Source: Eledone cirrhosa
Lineage: Eukaryota
Direction: 5' to 3'
DNA length: 64,000 nt
Assembly: GCA_964016885.1 (NCBI GenBank)
Contig: OZ024742.1
Coordinates: forward strand, 187,054,001 to 187,118,000
Shown: piece by piece, positions 36,701-50,385 of the stretch
Layout: the number at the start of each line of letters is the position of its first letter
Numbering within the stretch: position 1 is the stretch's first letter
Made by a program: the position numbers and the translations under genes
The notes under the pieces: generated by a model
Database searches by the model: none
Told to the model about the DNA's origin: nothing
The model's input: the letters and a program-made list of their open reading frames with translations, nothing else

Positions 36701-38236
36701 CCATTGACCTTTTAGAGTGACGAATGACAAGAATTGTCATTATGTAGGTACCAAAAGGGAAGAAAAGGGAAGAAAGAAGAGGAGAAGATCAAAGATAACG
36801 TGGTAAGATATATTCAAAGACTTAAAATAGCTTAGAATCAGACGGAAGAGGCAGACATCTGAGCAGAGAACTGAAGTGATTGGCGACTTGTTGCTGTCTA
36901 ACGTACAGGGTGACTGCATGGAAGGTATTAAGTATTTAGAATATAACAATTTAGTGAAGTAAAGCCCCATTACCTCTTGGTAGAGTAGTACGTACACCGT
37001 TCTGATACGGTGTATCTTGGGTATTTTGATCCTGGCGCAACCTATCTCCCCTAGGTCAAAGTAGTTGTTTTTTCCCAGAGAAAGTGCGAAGGGGAAAACG
37101 AGAGGAGAACTTGCTCCCACTACTAAGACTGGTACTTTATTTATCGACCTCGAAAGGGTGAACAATAAAGCTGATAATGGTGTTCAATAAGCCAGAACAA
37201 ATTACGAGATATATTTTATCCGACACCGTAATTCTCTGCCTCACACGACACTTTACAGGGCCTTTACGTAAGTGAAGAGGAGTGATGAGGGGGTGGAATC
37301 TCAAACTGGAGTCGGAAAGTCAACCAAAGTGAGCACCCGTTAAAGGCACCTAAAGGCCATGTAAGGATGTAAATTTTGGCTATCGATTAAATCTGCCAAC
37401 GAAGCTGGCCCCGGCGGCCGGATTTCAACTCACATTGAAAGTATCTGAATAAATACTGCTAGGTATTTCGCGCCACGCTCTAACAATTCCAACATTCCAA
37501 TACCCAAGACTAGTACATTATCTTATCGATGTCAAGAAACTAAAAGATAAAGTTGACTTTAGCAGGATTTGAACCCAGGCTGCAAGGAGCCAGAATAAAA
37601 ACCAATTGGTATTTCGCCTGACGCCCTAACCACCTTGCCGATTCATCTACTCTTGTAGTTTTCTCCGCTGTCATACACACACACACATATTTGTATACAA
37701 CGGTTTCCCTTTATCAAATTACACCCACAAGTTAATGGTTAACCCGAAGATATAGTAGAGGACACATACCTCGATGATAAAGAGCAGGATAAAACCAAAA
37801 AGCACGTAGTTGCGAGGCGAACTTCTGAACCCCACACTCACAACCGCACATTAGATTAATATTCCTGCACATTCATATAATAATATCGATTTTATTCTCT
37901 CATGACAGACGTCGCTAAGAATTACCATAATTCAGTTCCATTTCAAAGTTCTACCTGAAACTCCATTTATCAAACATCATGTTGTCTTCGTATATATGAA
38001 GTATCTCTGGGAACGGTGCTTCATCACAGTAAAATCTTAAATTTCATGATATATATCATGATATATTTCATGATATATTGGTGACGAGCAGTATTCACGT
38101 TTATCAGTAAATACCTATCATAAACCATGTCAATTAGAATATTATTTTAACTAATATGGACTGAAATATGTGGCTGATGTACACCAGCTGATGTATCTGG
38201 CTTACCTGGAGAGAGAAGCAGGTTTGAACAGGGTGG

Positions 38237-38316
<80 letters not shown>

Positions 38317-38477
38317 CCAGATGATAATTGCAGGCATAGCGGCCAAGTAAAGAACATGGTACTGGGTTTAGTTCCATTTTGTAGTACTTTGGCCAAGTGT
38401 CCCCTGCCATAGCCTCGGAGTGAGATTTGGTAGACAGGAACTGAACTGAGACCAACGTGTGTGTGTGTGTATGTGTG

Positions 38478-38510
<33 letters not shown>

Positions 38511-38834
38511 ATGTGTGTGTGTATATATGGTACCATAACACCTAATTGAGTCATAGGGGTGCCATAGGGGCATACGGCGTTTCTTGGGCATTTTAAGACT
38601 GGCAGATCCCATCCTGGTCCAGGTGTATATATACTTTCATATTTCTCTGTTCTTACTGTTCTTACCTGTTCTCTCCATACGAAGCGCCGAACCCTCTTCC
38701 AAATACTCCTAAGCGTGATCCCAATGAAACTTTGTATTTTTGCATCCTGTTTTATTCAACCACCCCACCCCTTTCTCCCCCTCTCTCTCTCTATCTATCT
38801 CTATCTCTCTCTCTATCTATCTCTATCTCACTCT

Positions 38835-38873
<39 letters not shown>

Positions 38874-39250
38874 AAATGAAGAAGTATACATATCTCTATA
38901 CGTGCATAGATACAAGTATAGATCCATACTTACATACAAAGTGTCCAACTTATACTGAGTTTGGATCAATGAAAGTGTCAATAACATTAACACATTCAGA
39001 CCCTAATAATATCATATATGGAAAAAGCAAACAAGTTAAGAAAAAAATCTTTCCTTCCTCACTGCAGTTTCATTAGGAAAATAACGGTACTCTGAGTAGA
39101 ATATCGCGAGAAATCCTAAATCATCAGGATAGTTTCTCTGTCCAGAAATAGAATTCAAGACAAGAATTCCCAGCCGTTCCCTGTCAGTGAAGATTTCGAA
39201 TGAAAGACCTGTCACGGGATAAGTGACCAGCAGTGGACTATGGCAGGCAA

Positions 39251-39382
<132 letters not shown>

Positions 39383-39622
39383 CACACATATATATATTTA
39401 GAGAGAACATTAAGGCAATGAGGTGTTTGCTCCAATATAGCTGTATACATATAAGTATGTGTATTTTGTATATCTAATGATATACAGCATGTTTACGAGT
39501 AAACATTTGAAAGCCTTTAACTATGAATTTTGGAAGCTTATGGGGGAGTGTATATATTTATGTCCATCTGTGTGTGTGTGCGTGTGTGTGTGTATGTGTG
39601 TATGTATGTTTGTGTGTATTTA

Positions 39623-39659
<37 letters not shown>

Positions 39660-40039
39660 GTGTGTGTGTGTGTTATTTTAATTCGTTAAAATAAGTTCAA
39701 GAATTTTTATATAGTCAGACATGATGTTTTGCTGAGTCTGACGCGTTTCTGTGTTTTCTGTGTTCTAACCCCACCCCTTCCTGCTTGGAATTACAACTGG
39801 CAGATAGAATCAGCCATGAAAAGACAAACAAAAATATAGATTCTGTAGTCAGATTATACATTTCCTGTATTTTTATATATTTGAATATAAACAATTTAAA
39901 ATATATATGAACAATTTAAAATATATATTTCCATTTATCAACGGGAATAATATCAACACTTTCATACCCCTTAATATAAGAGCCACGTCTTTTAACGGAA
40001 GCTGGATTAATAATTAAAAAAAAACAACAGAACATTTCA

Positions 40040-40950
40040 ATAATGATTTCTAATTTAAATCGAAGGCCAGCAATTTCGGAGGAAAGGGAAATTAGGTTAT
40101 ATCGACCCCGTTACTTTAGTAATTTATTTCATCGACCTCGTAAGGATAAAGGCAAAAGTAACTTCGGAGGGATTGAACTCAAAACATAAAAAGCCGGAAC
40201 AAATATTGCTAACGATTCTGCAAATCCACCAACCTCATCGTACTCATAATGGATTCTGATTCAGGCACAAGGCCAGCAATTTCTAGGGGACAGGAAAATC
40301 GATTAAATCGATCCCAGTGCGTTATTGGAACTGTATTTTATCGACCTAGTAAGGATGAAAAGCAAAGCTAACCCCGGCGGGATTTGAAGTTAGAATGTAA
40401 AGGGCATAAGTATATGCCACCGGAAAGCATATTGTCCAACGCTCTACCGATTCTACCAATCCACCGTCCTTTATAATCGTCCTTATAATAATGATTTCTA
40501 GTATAGGCACAAGGCCAGTAATTTGGGGGAAGGGAAAAGTCGATTTAATGGACCCAAGTACGCTACTGATGCTTTATTTTATCGCCCTCGTAAGGATGAA
40601 AGGCAAAGTTAACATCAGCGAGATTTGAACTCAGACCGTAAACAGCCGTAAATCTATGCTGCAAATCATCGTGTCCGACTCTAGCGATATTGCCAATCCA
40701 CCACCCAAATGTTCCGTATAATAATGGATTCTTATATAGGCACAAGGCCAGTAATTTTAGGGGAGGGGAAAGTCGATTAAATCGACTAAGTGCGTGACTG
40801 GTACTTTATTTTATCGACCCCGTAAGGATGAAAGTCAACGTTAACCTCGGCGAGATTTGAACGCAGACCATTAAGGACCGTAACTCTATGCTGCAAAGCA
40901 TCGTATCCGACCCTCTACTGATACTGCCAATCCAACGCCCTAATCGTCCT
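40040..40950 (-). mobile_element. Head-to-tail array of four tRNA-derived SINE copies (~235 bp period)
   Basis: Repeated AGGCACAAGGCCAGCAATTT..TTTTATCGACCCCGTAAGGATGAAAGGCAAAGTTAACCTCGGCGGGATTTGAACTC (B box on the - strand). Confidence 0.85.
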
Positions 40951-41550
40951 TATAATAACAATAGCACTGTTGGATTCGTTGCTTTTCATTCGTTTTGGCA
41001 AAAGTTTAGATTGAAACTTTTTAGTATCTTCAATTTTCTAAGATCTTAAAAATAGCTATGGTAAAAATAGAAGCTATCTATCAATATGAAGATTTTTTTC
41101 TTTATTGTCTTTTAAAGAAAATGACCAGTGAATTGAAGTGAGGGGCTGTTATAATCGATCGATTTCTCAAGCATTATGTTCAATTATTTCATTCTTCTTT
41201 TATTTTACCACCTCTTTTCGATTTCCTCCATAAACAAAACTTATAAAAGGAAAATTGATATCAGCCAGGAGTACTGGCTTAGAAAACTTTTAATTTTAAT
41301 TAAGTTTAACAAAATACAAACAAATATATATATATATAAATAAATAAATGAAAATAAATAAAAATAAAATTAAATCAGTAAATAAATAAATAAATGAAAG
41401 CGATTGCTGCTGCTGCTACCGCTGCTGTTGTTGGTTTTATTGACTTTCTCAGATTCTTGGCGTAGTGAATAGTGTAGGCATATACAGTATACGGGATTCT
41501 GTAAGCGTGTATGTATACATTTATGTCTATGTACAAGGTATATATGTGTG

Positions 41551-41616
<66 letters not shown>

Positions 41617-41633
41617 CAGACACACACATACAC

Positions 41634-41664
<31 letters not shown>

Positions 41665-41670
41665 ATCACA

Positions 41671-41766
41671 CAGAGGGTGCCCCAAAAATGTATACACCCA
41701 TTAACAGCATTCTAATAAATATTGCCTGTACAGGTAATCAAAGTTTGTACACTTTTATGGGACATC

Positions 41767-41825
<59 letters not shown>

Positions 41826-41976
41826 CAGACACACACATACACACGCGCACACACATATATATATATATATAATCACACAGAGGGTGCCCCAAAAATGTAT
41901 ACACCCATTAACAGCATTCTAATAAATATTGCCTGTACAGGTAATCAAAGTTTGTACACTTTTATGGGACATCCTG
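41671..41976. mobile_element. Two tandem ~100-bp Tc1/mariner-like MITE copies (207-bp duplication)
   Basis: Imperfect TIRs CAGAGGGTGCCCCAAAAATGTATAC / GTACACTTTTATGGGACATCCTG|TA at 41671-41769 and 41878-41976. Confidence 0.6.
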
Positions 41977-41978
41977 TA

Positions 41979-42012
<34 letters not shown>

Positions 42013-42080
42013 CACAAATGCACATAACATATACATATATATACATATACACATATACATGTACACACACACACACACAC

Positions 42081-42165
<85 letters not shown>

Positions 42166-42247
42166 GATATTTAATATGTAGATATTTAATTTTTGGAGTA
42201 AAAATACAATATATTAATAAATGGAAAGTATATTTATAAAACATATT

Positions 42248-42312
42248 TATTTCATTATACATATTTCAAGGACACCAAAGCAAATTATGGTGCGCTTTCA
42301 TCAGATAAAATA
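42248..42312 (-). ncRNA. Hammerhead ribozyme (left arm of fold-back)
   Basis: Reverse complement of 42421-42485. Confidence 0.78.
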
Positions 42313-42420
42313 TAATATAGATCAGTTTTATAAACAAATATTGACAGGGAGCTTCCAACAGACATGGTTGCATTCTTTTAAGGGTATGTCAATATTTGTT
42401 TATAAAACTTATCTATATTA

Positions 42421-42485
42421 TATTTTATCTGATGAAAGCGCATCATAATTTGCTTTGGTGTCCTTGAAATATGTATAATGAAATA
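42421..42485 (+). ncRNA. Minimal type-I hammerhead ribozyme (right arm of fold-back)
   Basis: TATTTTAT-CTGATGA-AAGcGCATCA..TGGTGTcCTT-GAAA-TATGTA-TA-ATGAAATA. Confidence 0.78.
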
Positions 42486-42536
42486 AATATGGTTTTATAA
42501 ATATAGTTTCCATTTATTAATATATTGTATTAATAT

Positions 42537-42571
<35 letters not shown>

Positions 42572-42994
42572 GTTGTGAAAGAATGCAGAACAAATGGATA
42601 ACTCAACTTTACAATATGGAGGTACCATCCTTAATCGTTTGTTCATTTTGAAAAGCCATCGCTCATGTTACGTTAGTTCCAGTTTTTAAGTTTTCATTCA
42701 TATAAAATTGATTTTAGTTATACGATTGTACATTGGCGCGAGAATTAGGAAGCAACACAGAGATTCAACATGTGATTGAGTATTATATATCTCTATATAT
42801 CTCTATATATATAAAACGGTAGATGTCTGTCTGTGTGTGTGTATGATTTTTATGCATTTCCACATTTCTCTACCGATTTTGATGATATTTTTCCAATGTG
42901 CTCCAAATTTACCAGGGCAGGTCACCGCATAATTAGTTTTGCCAAAAACTTCCTGCTTCTATGAAGAAAAATCGATAAAACTAAATACATGCTG

Positions 42995-43300
42995 TAACCC
43001 CCTCTCTTACACGCTTCATTCCTCTCACTACCCTCAATCTCCTCCGCAACTCTCTTTAAAAGGTTACTGCCTCCGTCTCTGAAGGAACGCGACACAAACT
43101 TTTATAACCCTCTCTCTTACACGCTTCATTCCTCTCACTACACTCAATCTCCTCCGCAACTCTCTTTAAAAGATTACTGCTTCCGTCTCTGAAGCAACGC
43201 GACACAAACGTTGATAACCCTCTCTCTTACACACTTCATTGCTCTCACTACCCTCAATCTCCTCTGCAACTCTCTTTAAAAGGTTACTGCCTCCGTCTCC
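42995..43300 (+). repeat. Three ~110-bp tandem repeats in the Helitron 5' region
   Basis: TAACCC.CTCTCTTACACGCTTCATTCCTCTCACTA.. at ~42996, ~43105 and ~43215. Confidence 0.85.
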
Positions 43301-43950
43301 ATTACAGTTTAGAACAACGAAAAATCTTCTCTCTCTATAATAGATATTCACCCTCTTCGTTCGTCATACATCAAATATCAAAATTTAAAAAGCCGATAAC
43401 ACTAAATACATACTGCTCTCTCAACGTTACATTTTACATCAAATAACAAATATTCAAAAGCAACAGATGAATTTATAAAACAACAAACGTAACAATAACG
43501 ACGCTTAAGCATTCATTTACTTGAATCTCAACAAAGACATTATATTTTATTGTTGTCCTTTTTGTAATTTTTCTTTCTTTGTTTTTCTCAATATGAGACA
43601 AAAAATTAATCAGAAAACTTTTTTAACGAACGTCTGATTTCGATGATTTATTTTCCAGTGTGCTCCAAAATAACGCCTCTGTTTACGCTCTTTTGTGCTA
43701 TAACTCAGCCAGGCTTGGCTTACAGGTTTGACCTATTATTTGACGTGCATTCTTCATAGATCTTACTTAGTACTCACTTTCCACTTACTCACCGTTCAAT
43801 TGAAAGTTTTGGCTACTCCCCCTTTCATGCTCCATTACCTGCATAAATATCTACGTGTTCGGTCCTGCTACAATATAGTACTCACTTTAAACTAATTCAA
43901 AGTTCATTTGAACATTTTCGCTACCAAACACATTCTTTGAATCTACGGTC

Positions 43951-46900
43951 ATGCCACCCCAAAAAAGACCACGACTTAGTCGCCAAACTAAAGCTAGTTC
44001 TGCTGCCAAACGAAGAAGAGCTACAGAGTTGTCCGTAGAAAAGTTGACTCGCTTGTCACAAAATACAACTCGAAATGCAATTACCCGGGCAACCGAGACA
44101 GAAAAAAAGAGGAGCATCCGCCTTTCCGGAAATGCATTTGTAACTGCAGTTGCACGTGCAGCATTCTCGACGACGAAGCAAAAATGCGGCCTCCACCGCT
44201 GCAGCACGTGACGATGAGGACGAAGAACACCGTTACAGTCAACGACGAAGAGATGCCACCCCAACTGCTGCGTCACGTGCTGCCGAGGAAGAAGGGCAGC
44301 GTTCCAGACGTCAACGTACGGACGCCGCTTCAACAGCTTCCGTTCGCGCATCAGAGACTACGCAAATTCAATTACAAAGGCTAAACGCCAACGCACTCCG
44401 CAGGACTGCTAAACGAGGTACACAGAGGATCAGTTGCACTCAGTGGTCTCATAAGGCTTTCCACTATGACCCAACAGTAAACTATGCACTGATGCCAGAA
44501 GTTCAGATTGGATCCATGTCTGTCATTTGCCAATAATGTCGGGCAAAAAAATGGCCTGGGGAGGCTTCAGGCATGTGCTGCTCTGGCGGCAAAGTGAAAC
44601 TGCCTCCTCTACAGGAACCACCACAGCCTTTGAGGTCTCTACTGACCGGTGCCACAGCGGAGTCGGAACACTTCCTTCAATGTTCCAGGAGATACAACGC
44701 TGCCTTCCAAATGACCTCTTTCGGAGCTAACATCATACGCGATGACGGCTTCATGCCTACCTTTAAAGTTCAAGGACAAATTTACCACAGAATCGGTTCG
44801 CTACTGCCCACGACAGACGGACAGGTCCAGTTCCTACAGCTATACTTTGTCACTGACTATTTGGACCAAGCGGAACGACGCGCTTCAATTTCGCCTGGCA
44901 CAGACATGAAAATTCTGGTGTAACTCCAGAGAATGTGGCACGAAAACAACAACTACATTCGCAGTTTTATATGCGCATTGGAGGCTGCTCCGTTGCCAAA
45001 TTTTGCTGTTATAATCGACGCTGACAGGAAACCACCAGGCACCCACTCCCGACGTTTTAACACTCACACGTGCAATGAAATAGCTGTGCTTCTTCATGGA
45101 GAACAGTACAACAAGCGAGACATCATACTTTAGTGTAGCGACAATAGTCTTCAACGGATCAGCGAGACGCATAGGTCCTACGACTCATTCCAATATCCCC
45201 TACTTTTCCCATTCGGTGACGACGGATACCACTTTGGAATTCCTTTGTGCAACAGCAACAAAACTGTTTCCTCTATGCAATTCTACACCTACCGATTCAT
45301 GGTCCGCGAATGCTGCTTTAACCAACTCCACCGTGCAAGAGTACTCTTCAACCAGCTTGCTGTAGACGTGTGCGCAAAGATGGAATCTGAAAGGCTCTGC
45401 TACATAAGGAACAATCAAGCATGCCTTCGTTCGGACAGCTACATTCACTTACGGGATGGAGTAAGGAACGACGTCGATCCCGAAAACCTAGGAAAACTCT
45501 TCATCACTTCAACATGCAACCCTAAGTGGAATGAAATTATCGCGGAATTATTCCCCGGACAAAGGACGTCAGACAGACACGATCTTACGGCACGAGTCTT
45601 TCACTTGAAGTTGACAAAACTTATTGAACTCCTAAAATCCGGTAAGGCCTTTGGACCTGTTAGGTGCTACGTATACACCGTTGAGTGGCAAAAGAGAGGC
45701 CTGCCACACGCTCACCTACTCATTTGGCTGATAACGAAAATCAACGCAAGCAGCATTGACAGCATCATTTCAGCAGAAATACCCGACCCAAAATTGGACA
45801 GAGAACTCCACAACATCGTCACTGTTCACATGGTGCATGGGCCATGCGGAAACGGTTTCAACATGAATTCTCCATGCATTAAAGAAAGAAGATGCACCAA
45901 GAGGTATCCTAGGCCATTCCTACGATAAAGTCGGACAGGTGGCGACGGTTATCCATTATACCGCCGCAGGGAGCCAGCGGACGGAGGAATTATTTCGAAA
46001 ACACCACATCACAACGTCGACAACCGGTGGATTGTGCCCTACTGCCCACTTCTGCTTAAATTGTTTAACGCCCACATTAACGTTGAATACTGCCACTCCC
46101 TGAAATCGATAAAGTACGTCTGCAAGTATATCAATAAGAGGTCCGATGCTGCGTCCTTTGGTCTTACAATGGAGAACAACCGAGACGAAGTAACTCAATC
46201 CCAGGTCAGCCAATACATCAGCAGCAATGAAGCGTTCTGGCGATTCTTCCACTTTGCAATACACCATAACTACCCCCCCCAATCAAACAGTTGACGGTGC
46301 ACCTTGAAAACGGTCAAAGAGTCTACTTCACCGCCTACACCGCTGCTGAGATAGCAGAGGAACGCAAGGACACCACACTTACGGCATTTTTTAAGTTATG
46401 CCGAAACGATCCCTTCGCCAAGACCATCTTCTACTCTCAGGTGCCATCATACTACACATGGAACACAGACAACAGAATTTGGTTAAGAAGTGTGAAAGGA
46501 CAACCCGTCGAGGGACATCCAGACATTAAAATGTCCCCTACCCTTGGGAGAGTGTACACCATTCATCCTAACCAACAGGAATGCTTTTATCTCCGCCTTC
46601 TACTGCATGACGTGGTAGGACCGACCTCTTTCGACGATCTGAAAACAATCAACGGAGAGCTTTGCACTTCATTCCGCGCAGCCTGCCTTAGACGGGGTCT
46701 ACTGGAAGATGGTGCTCAGTTGGATGCGATATTGGCGGAGGGAGCTACAATACGCTCAGCGCGAACTCTTCGACAATTCTTTGCGGTGCTACTGCAGACA
46801 TGCGAGTTAAGTGACCCTGCATCCTTATGGGACAAATACAAAGAGGACCTTTCCGATGACTACATACACCAAGGACAACTGCTACTCCCTCATTCCGACG

Positions 46901-48422
46901 TACGACTCAGCGACGAATTCTTCAACAAAGCTCTCATTGACATCGATGACAAAATCCTAACTGCCGGCGGAAATTACCTTCAATTCTATGGACTGCCAAA
47001 AGTTCAGCGAACGGACTCCGACAAACTTCCGACAGGCATAATTCAGGAAACTGCCTACGACGTCCACGCCCTCGAACTGTTCATCAACGAAAACGAGCCG
47101 AAATTGTTTCAGGACCAACGGCAGGCGTATGATACAGTTTGCACTTCCATTCGTCAGCAGAGGCGGTATCTTCTTTTTGGACGCCCCAGGAGGAACTGGT
47201 AAAACATTCGTCTATAAACTCCTCCTCGCCAAAGTGCGACAGCAGAAAGGAATCGCGCTGGCTGTGGCTTCTTCTGGCATTGCCGTAGCTCTGCTGCCCG
47301 GAGGTAGGACAGCTCATTCCGCATTTAAACTGCCATTCAACATGACTTCAGACAACACAATAACCTGCAACATCACCAAGAACTCTGACAAAGCTGAAGT
47401 CTTGAAAATATGCCACCTAATTGTGTGGGACGAATGCACAATGGCCCATAAAGGGTCCCTTGAGGCGTTAGACAGGACCCTACGAGACATCTGGGAATGC
47501 AACCGGCCCATAGGAGGAGTACCTCTACTGCTGTCTGGCGATTTTCGACAAACTCTTCCAGTTGTTCCAAAAGCCACCAGAGACGACACTGTGGGGGCTT
47601 GCATTAAGTCATCTCCCCTGTGGCAGGAAGTGACAATCAGGACCCTCACAACAAACATGAGAGCCCAACTGCTCGGCGACCACTCATCAGCCGACTTCTC
47701 AAAGGACCTCTTAACAGTTGGTGACGGCACTGCACCTTCAGATGCAGCTGGAGGCACCGTTGTCGACATTGTTGACGACCTCACAGCCTCTGTCTTTCCC
47801 GATATGGCGACCAACTACAAAAACACGAGTTGGCTATGCGATAGAGTCATATTGGCTCCCAAAAATGTCTCAGTTGCAAAAATCAATGAGGACCTTCTGC
47901 AACGCATTCCTGGAAACCTCCGTACCTACAAATCTGTGGACAAAGTTGTGGACAAAGATGAGGTTGACGATTTTCCAACAGAATTCCTCAATTCCTTGGA
48001 CCTCTCTGGACTGCCACCTCATGAACTGAGCATCAAAATTGGGACTCCGGTGATGCTGTTGAGGAACCTGGAACCATCACGTCTCTGCAACGGAACACGG
48101 TTAGTGGTAAGAATCCTCCTGCCGCATGTAATTGAAGCCACAATTCTCACGGGCTCGGGGATGGAGAAACCGTCTTCATACCCAGAATACCATTAACTCC
48201 ATCAGGTACGGAAAGCCCCTGTTCTCTGCGCCGACTTCAATTCCTCGTTAAACTTTGCTTCGCGATGTCAATCAACAAGTCCCAAGGCCAAACGCTATCA
48301 ACGGCAGGCCTGCATTTAGCCCAGCCGTGCTTCTCATGCTCAAGAGTGGGATGCAAGCAGAACTTATTCATACTTGCGCCCAAAGGCAGAACACAAAATG
48401 TGGTCTACAGAGAGGTGTTGTG
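43951..48422 (+). pseudogene. Helitron Rep (HUH endonuclease)/PIF1 helicase pseudogene
   Basis: CCSGGKV, YNAAFQMTSFG, TCNPKW, VEWQKRGLPHAHLLIW (HUH), KYVCKYINK, DAPGGTGKTF (Walker A), IVWDECTM, GDFRQTLPV, LCNGTRL, FAMSINKSQGQT. In-frame stops at ~44531, 44921, 45131 and 45926, plus frameshifts. Confidence 0.93.
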
Positions 48423-48670
48423 ACTCCTCTATTCAGCACCACTGCAGTCTTGCCGGTCTGACATATAGTGAGTAGATGCTATTGTTGTATATTTTCAAAC
48501 TTACCCGTAATTACTTTCAATGTCTCAATATTCATAATTGAGTGGAATCATTAAAAGTACTTTAAAGCAATTAAACTCCGAGCAATGCCGGGCACTTCTG
48601 CTAGTATATATATATATATATGGAAAAAATGAAACGAAATTTCATTTCTCACGTATTTCTCATATGTACG

Positions 48671-49077
48671 AGAGATGACCCCTTAGCCTTTGTCAAGGCA
48701 GAATTCTAGGAGAAGGAAAACTCTGATATAACACCTGCAACCCTGATGATATCCAATGATGTTGACTTGTTCTTCTTTTTGGTAAATATCATCTTGGTTA
48801 AGAGAGTGGGACTGGCTTTGTGCAGTGCCTTTACCCACTATAAAAGCTTCACAGCACAGGCATTGCTTTATATCTGGAGATCTCACTGCACTTGTCGTCA
48901 CAAGGTACTATGGGCCCAGCACTATGTGTCAATAATTGTCACAAGTGTAGTGTTTGTACCAGAGTTTTCAAGTCGCCGGCTGGACTAAAAAGTCACACTC
49001 GTTCAGCGCATCGGTAGGAGTTCTCCTACATGGATATAAAGTAGTGGCCGTACTCGAAAACGAGTTGGCAGCCACCA

Positions 49078-49080
<3 letters not shown>
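48671..49080 (+). mobile_element. Second, shorter copy of the 26953-27510 repeat
   Basis: Sequence match in inverted orientation. 3' end GGCAGCCACCACCA abuts (TA)n. Confidence 0.7.
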
Positions 49081-49146
<66 letters not shown>

Positions 49147-49213
49147 ACGTAAAATAAGAAAATTTCTTAAAAAAAATTTCTTTTAAAAATTAACTTACTT
49201 ACATAAATTTTCA

Positions 49214-49293
49214 CTCCAACTAATTAGTTTCTGCAATGGGATAAAGGCAGTTACGTAATGAACTGTTGAGAATTTCATTGCGTCATCAGGTAG
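49214..49293 (-). ncRNA. Antisense copy of the expanded hammerhead
   Basis: Reverse complement of 49747-49826, with a stem I change CTCC to CTAC. Confidence 0.6.
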
Positions 49294-49746
49294 GTCATTA
49301 TTTTGCGTCATCAGGGAGGTCATTATTTTACGTCTTATATATTATTGTTCTGCATTCTCCTGCATTGAACCACCTAGGTACTATGACATAACCTGTGTAT
49401 TTTCTGGCATTAGCGTACATCTGTGCGCTTATGTTAGTAGATATATTAAATTATCTATATTTATCCCCAAATAACTGATTTGTCGAGCAAACCTGCCAAA
49501 ACCACTTCTAAAAATTTTTTTTGGGGGGGTGTTAGTAGGCGTCTGTCATCTTACCATCCCATTCCTACTAACTAGCCTCTGTGTCACGTGATTGATTCTT
49601 TAGAATCGGCCATATGATCAGTGGCAGTGAGAATTTTCAGTGGCTGGAATCCAGTCCTCGATAGCTGTTCCAGTTGCCGAATTATTATTATTTTTATATG
49701 AGTCCCCAGTGTCCGCGCATCGCCTAGAGACTCGGCTGAGACTGAC

Positions 49747-49826
49747 CTCCCTGATGACGCAATGAAATTCTCAACAGTTCATTACGTAACTGTCTTTATC
49801 CCATTGCAGAAACTAATTAGTTGGAG
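49747..49826 (+). ncRNA. Type-I hammerhead with expanded stem II
   Basis: CTCC-CTGATGA-cGCAATG[37 nt incl. ACAGTT/AACTGT hairpin]CATTGCa-GAAA-CTAATTAG-TT-GGAG. Confidence 0.72.
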
Positions 49827-50305
49827 TGAAAATTTAAGTAAGTAAGTTAATTTAAAAAAACAATTTTTTAAAAGAAATTTTCTTATTTTACGTCTTATAT
49901 ATTATTGTTCTGCATTCTCCTGCATTGAACCACCTAGGTACTATGACATAACCTGTGTATTTGCTGGCATTAGCGTACATCTGTGCGCTTATGTTAGTAG
50001 ATATATTAAATTATCTATATTTATCTCCAAATCACTGATTTGTCGAGCAAACCTGCCAAAACCACTTCTAAAAATTTTTTGGGGGGGTTGTTAGTAGGCG
50101 TCTGTCATCTTACCATCCCATTCCTACTAACTAGCCTCTGTGTCACGTGATTGATTCTTTAGAATCGACCATATGATCAGTGGCAGTGAGAATTTTCAGT
50201 GGCTGGAATCCAGTCCTCGATAGCTGTTCCAGTTGCCGAATTATTATTATTTTTATATGAGTCCCCAGTGTCCGCGCATCGCCTGTAGACTCAGCTGATA
50301 ATTAC

Positions 50306-50385
50306 CTCCCTGATGACGCAATGAAATTCTGAACAGTTCATTACGTAACTGTCTTTATCCCATTGCAGAAACTAATTAGTTGGAG
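50306..50385 (+). ncRNA. Type-I hammerhead with expanded stem II (unit 2)
   Basis: Same motif 559 bp downstream. Confidence 0.72.

Larger units (their letters stand above)
42790..48604 (+). mobile_element. Helitron, complete termini, decayed RepHel
   Basis: 5' A|TCTCTATATAT..AAAAC (start 42790 or 42800). 3' hairpin CCGAGCAATGCCGGG then CTTCTGCTAG|T. RepHel coding remnants inside. Confidence 0.92.

Noticed and set aside
47129-48196. Host PIF1 helicase gene
   Set aside because: It lies downstream of a HUH Rep domain inside Helitron termini and is frameshifted.
48743-48765. CTGATGA inside the dispersed repeat
   Set aside because: No GAAA or stems; the other copy reads CTGATGG.
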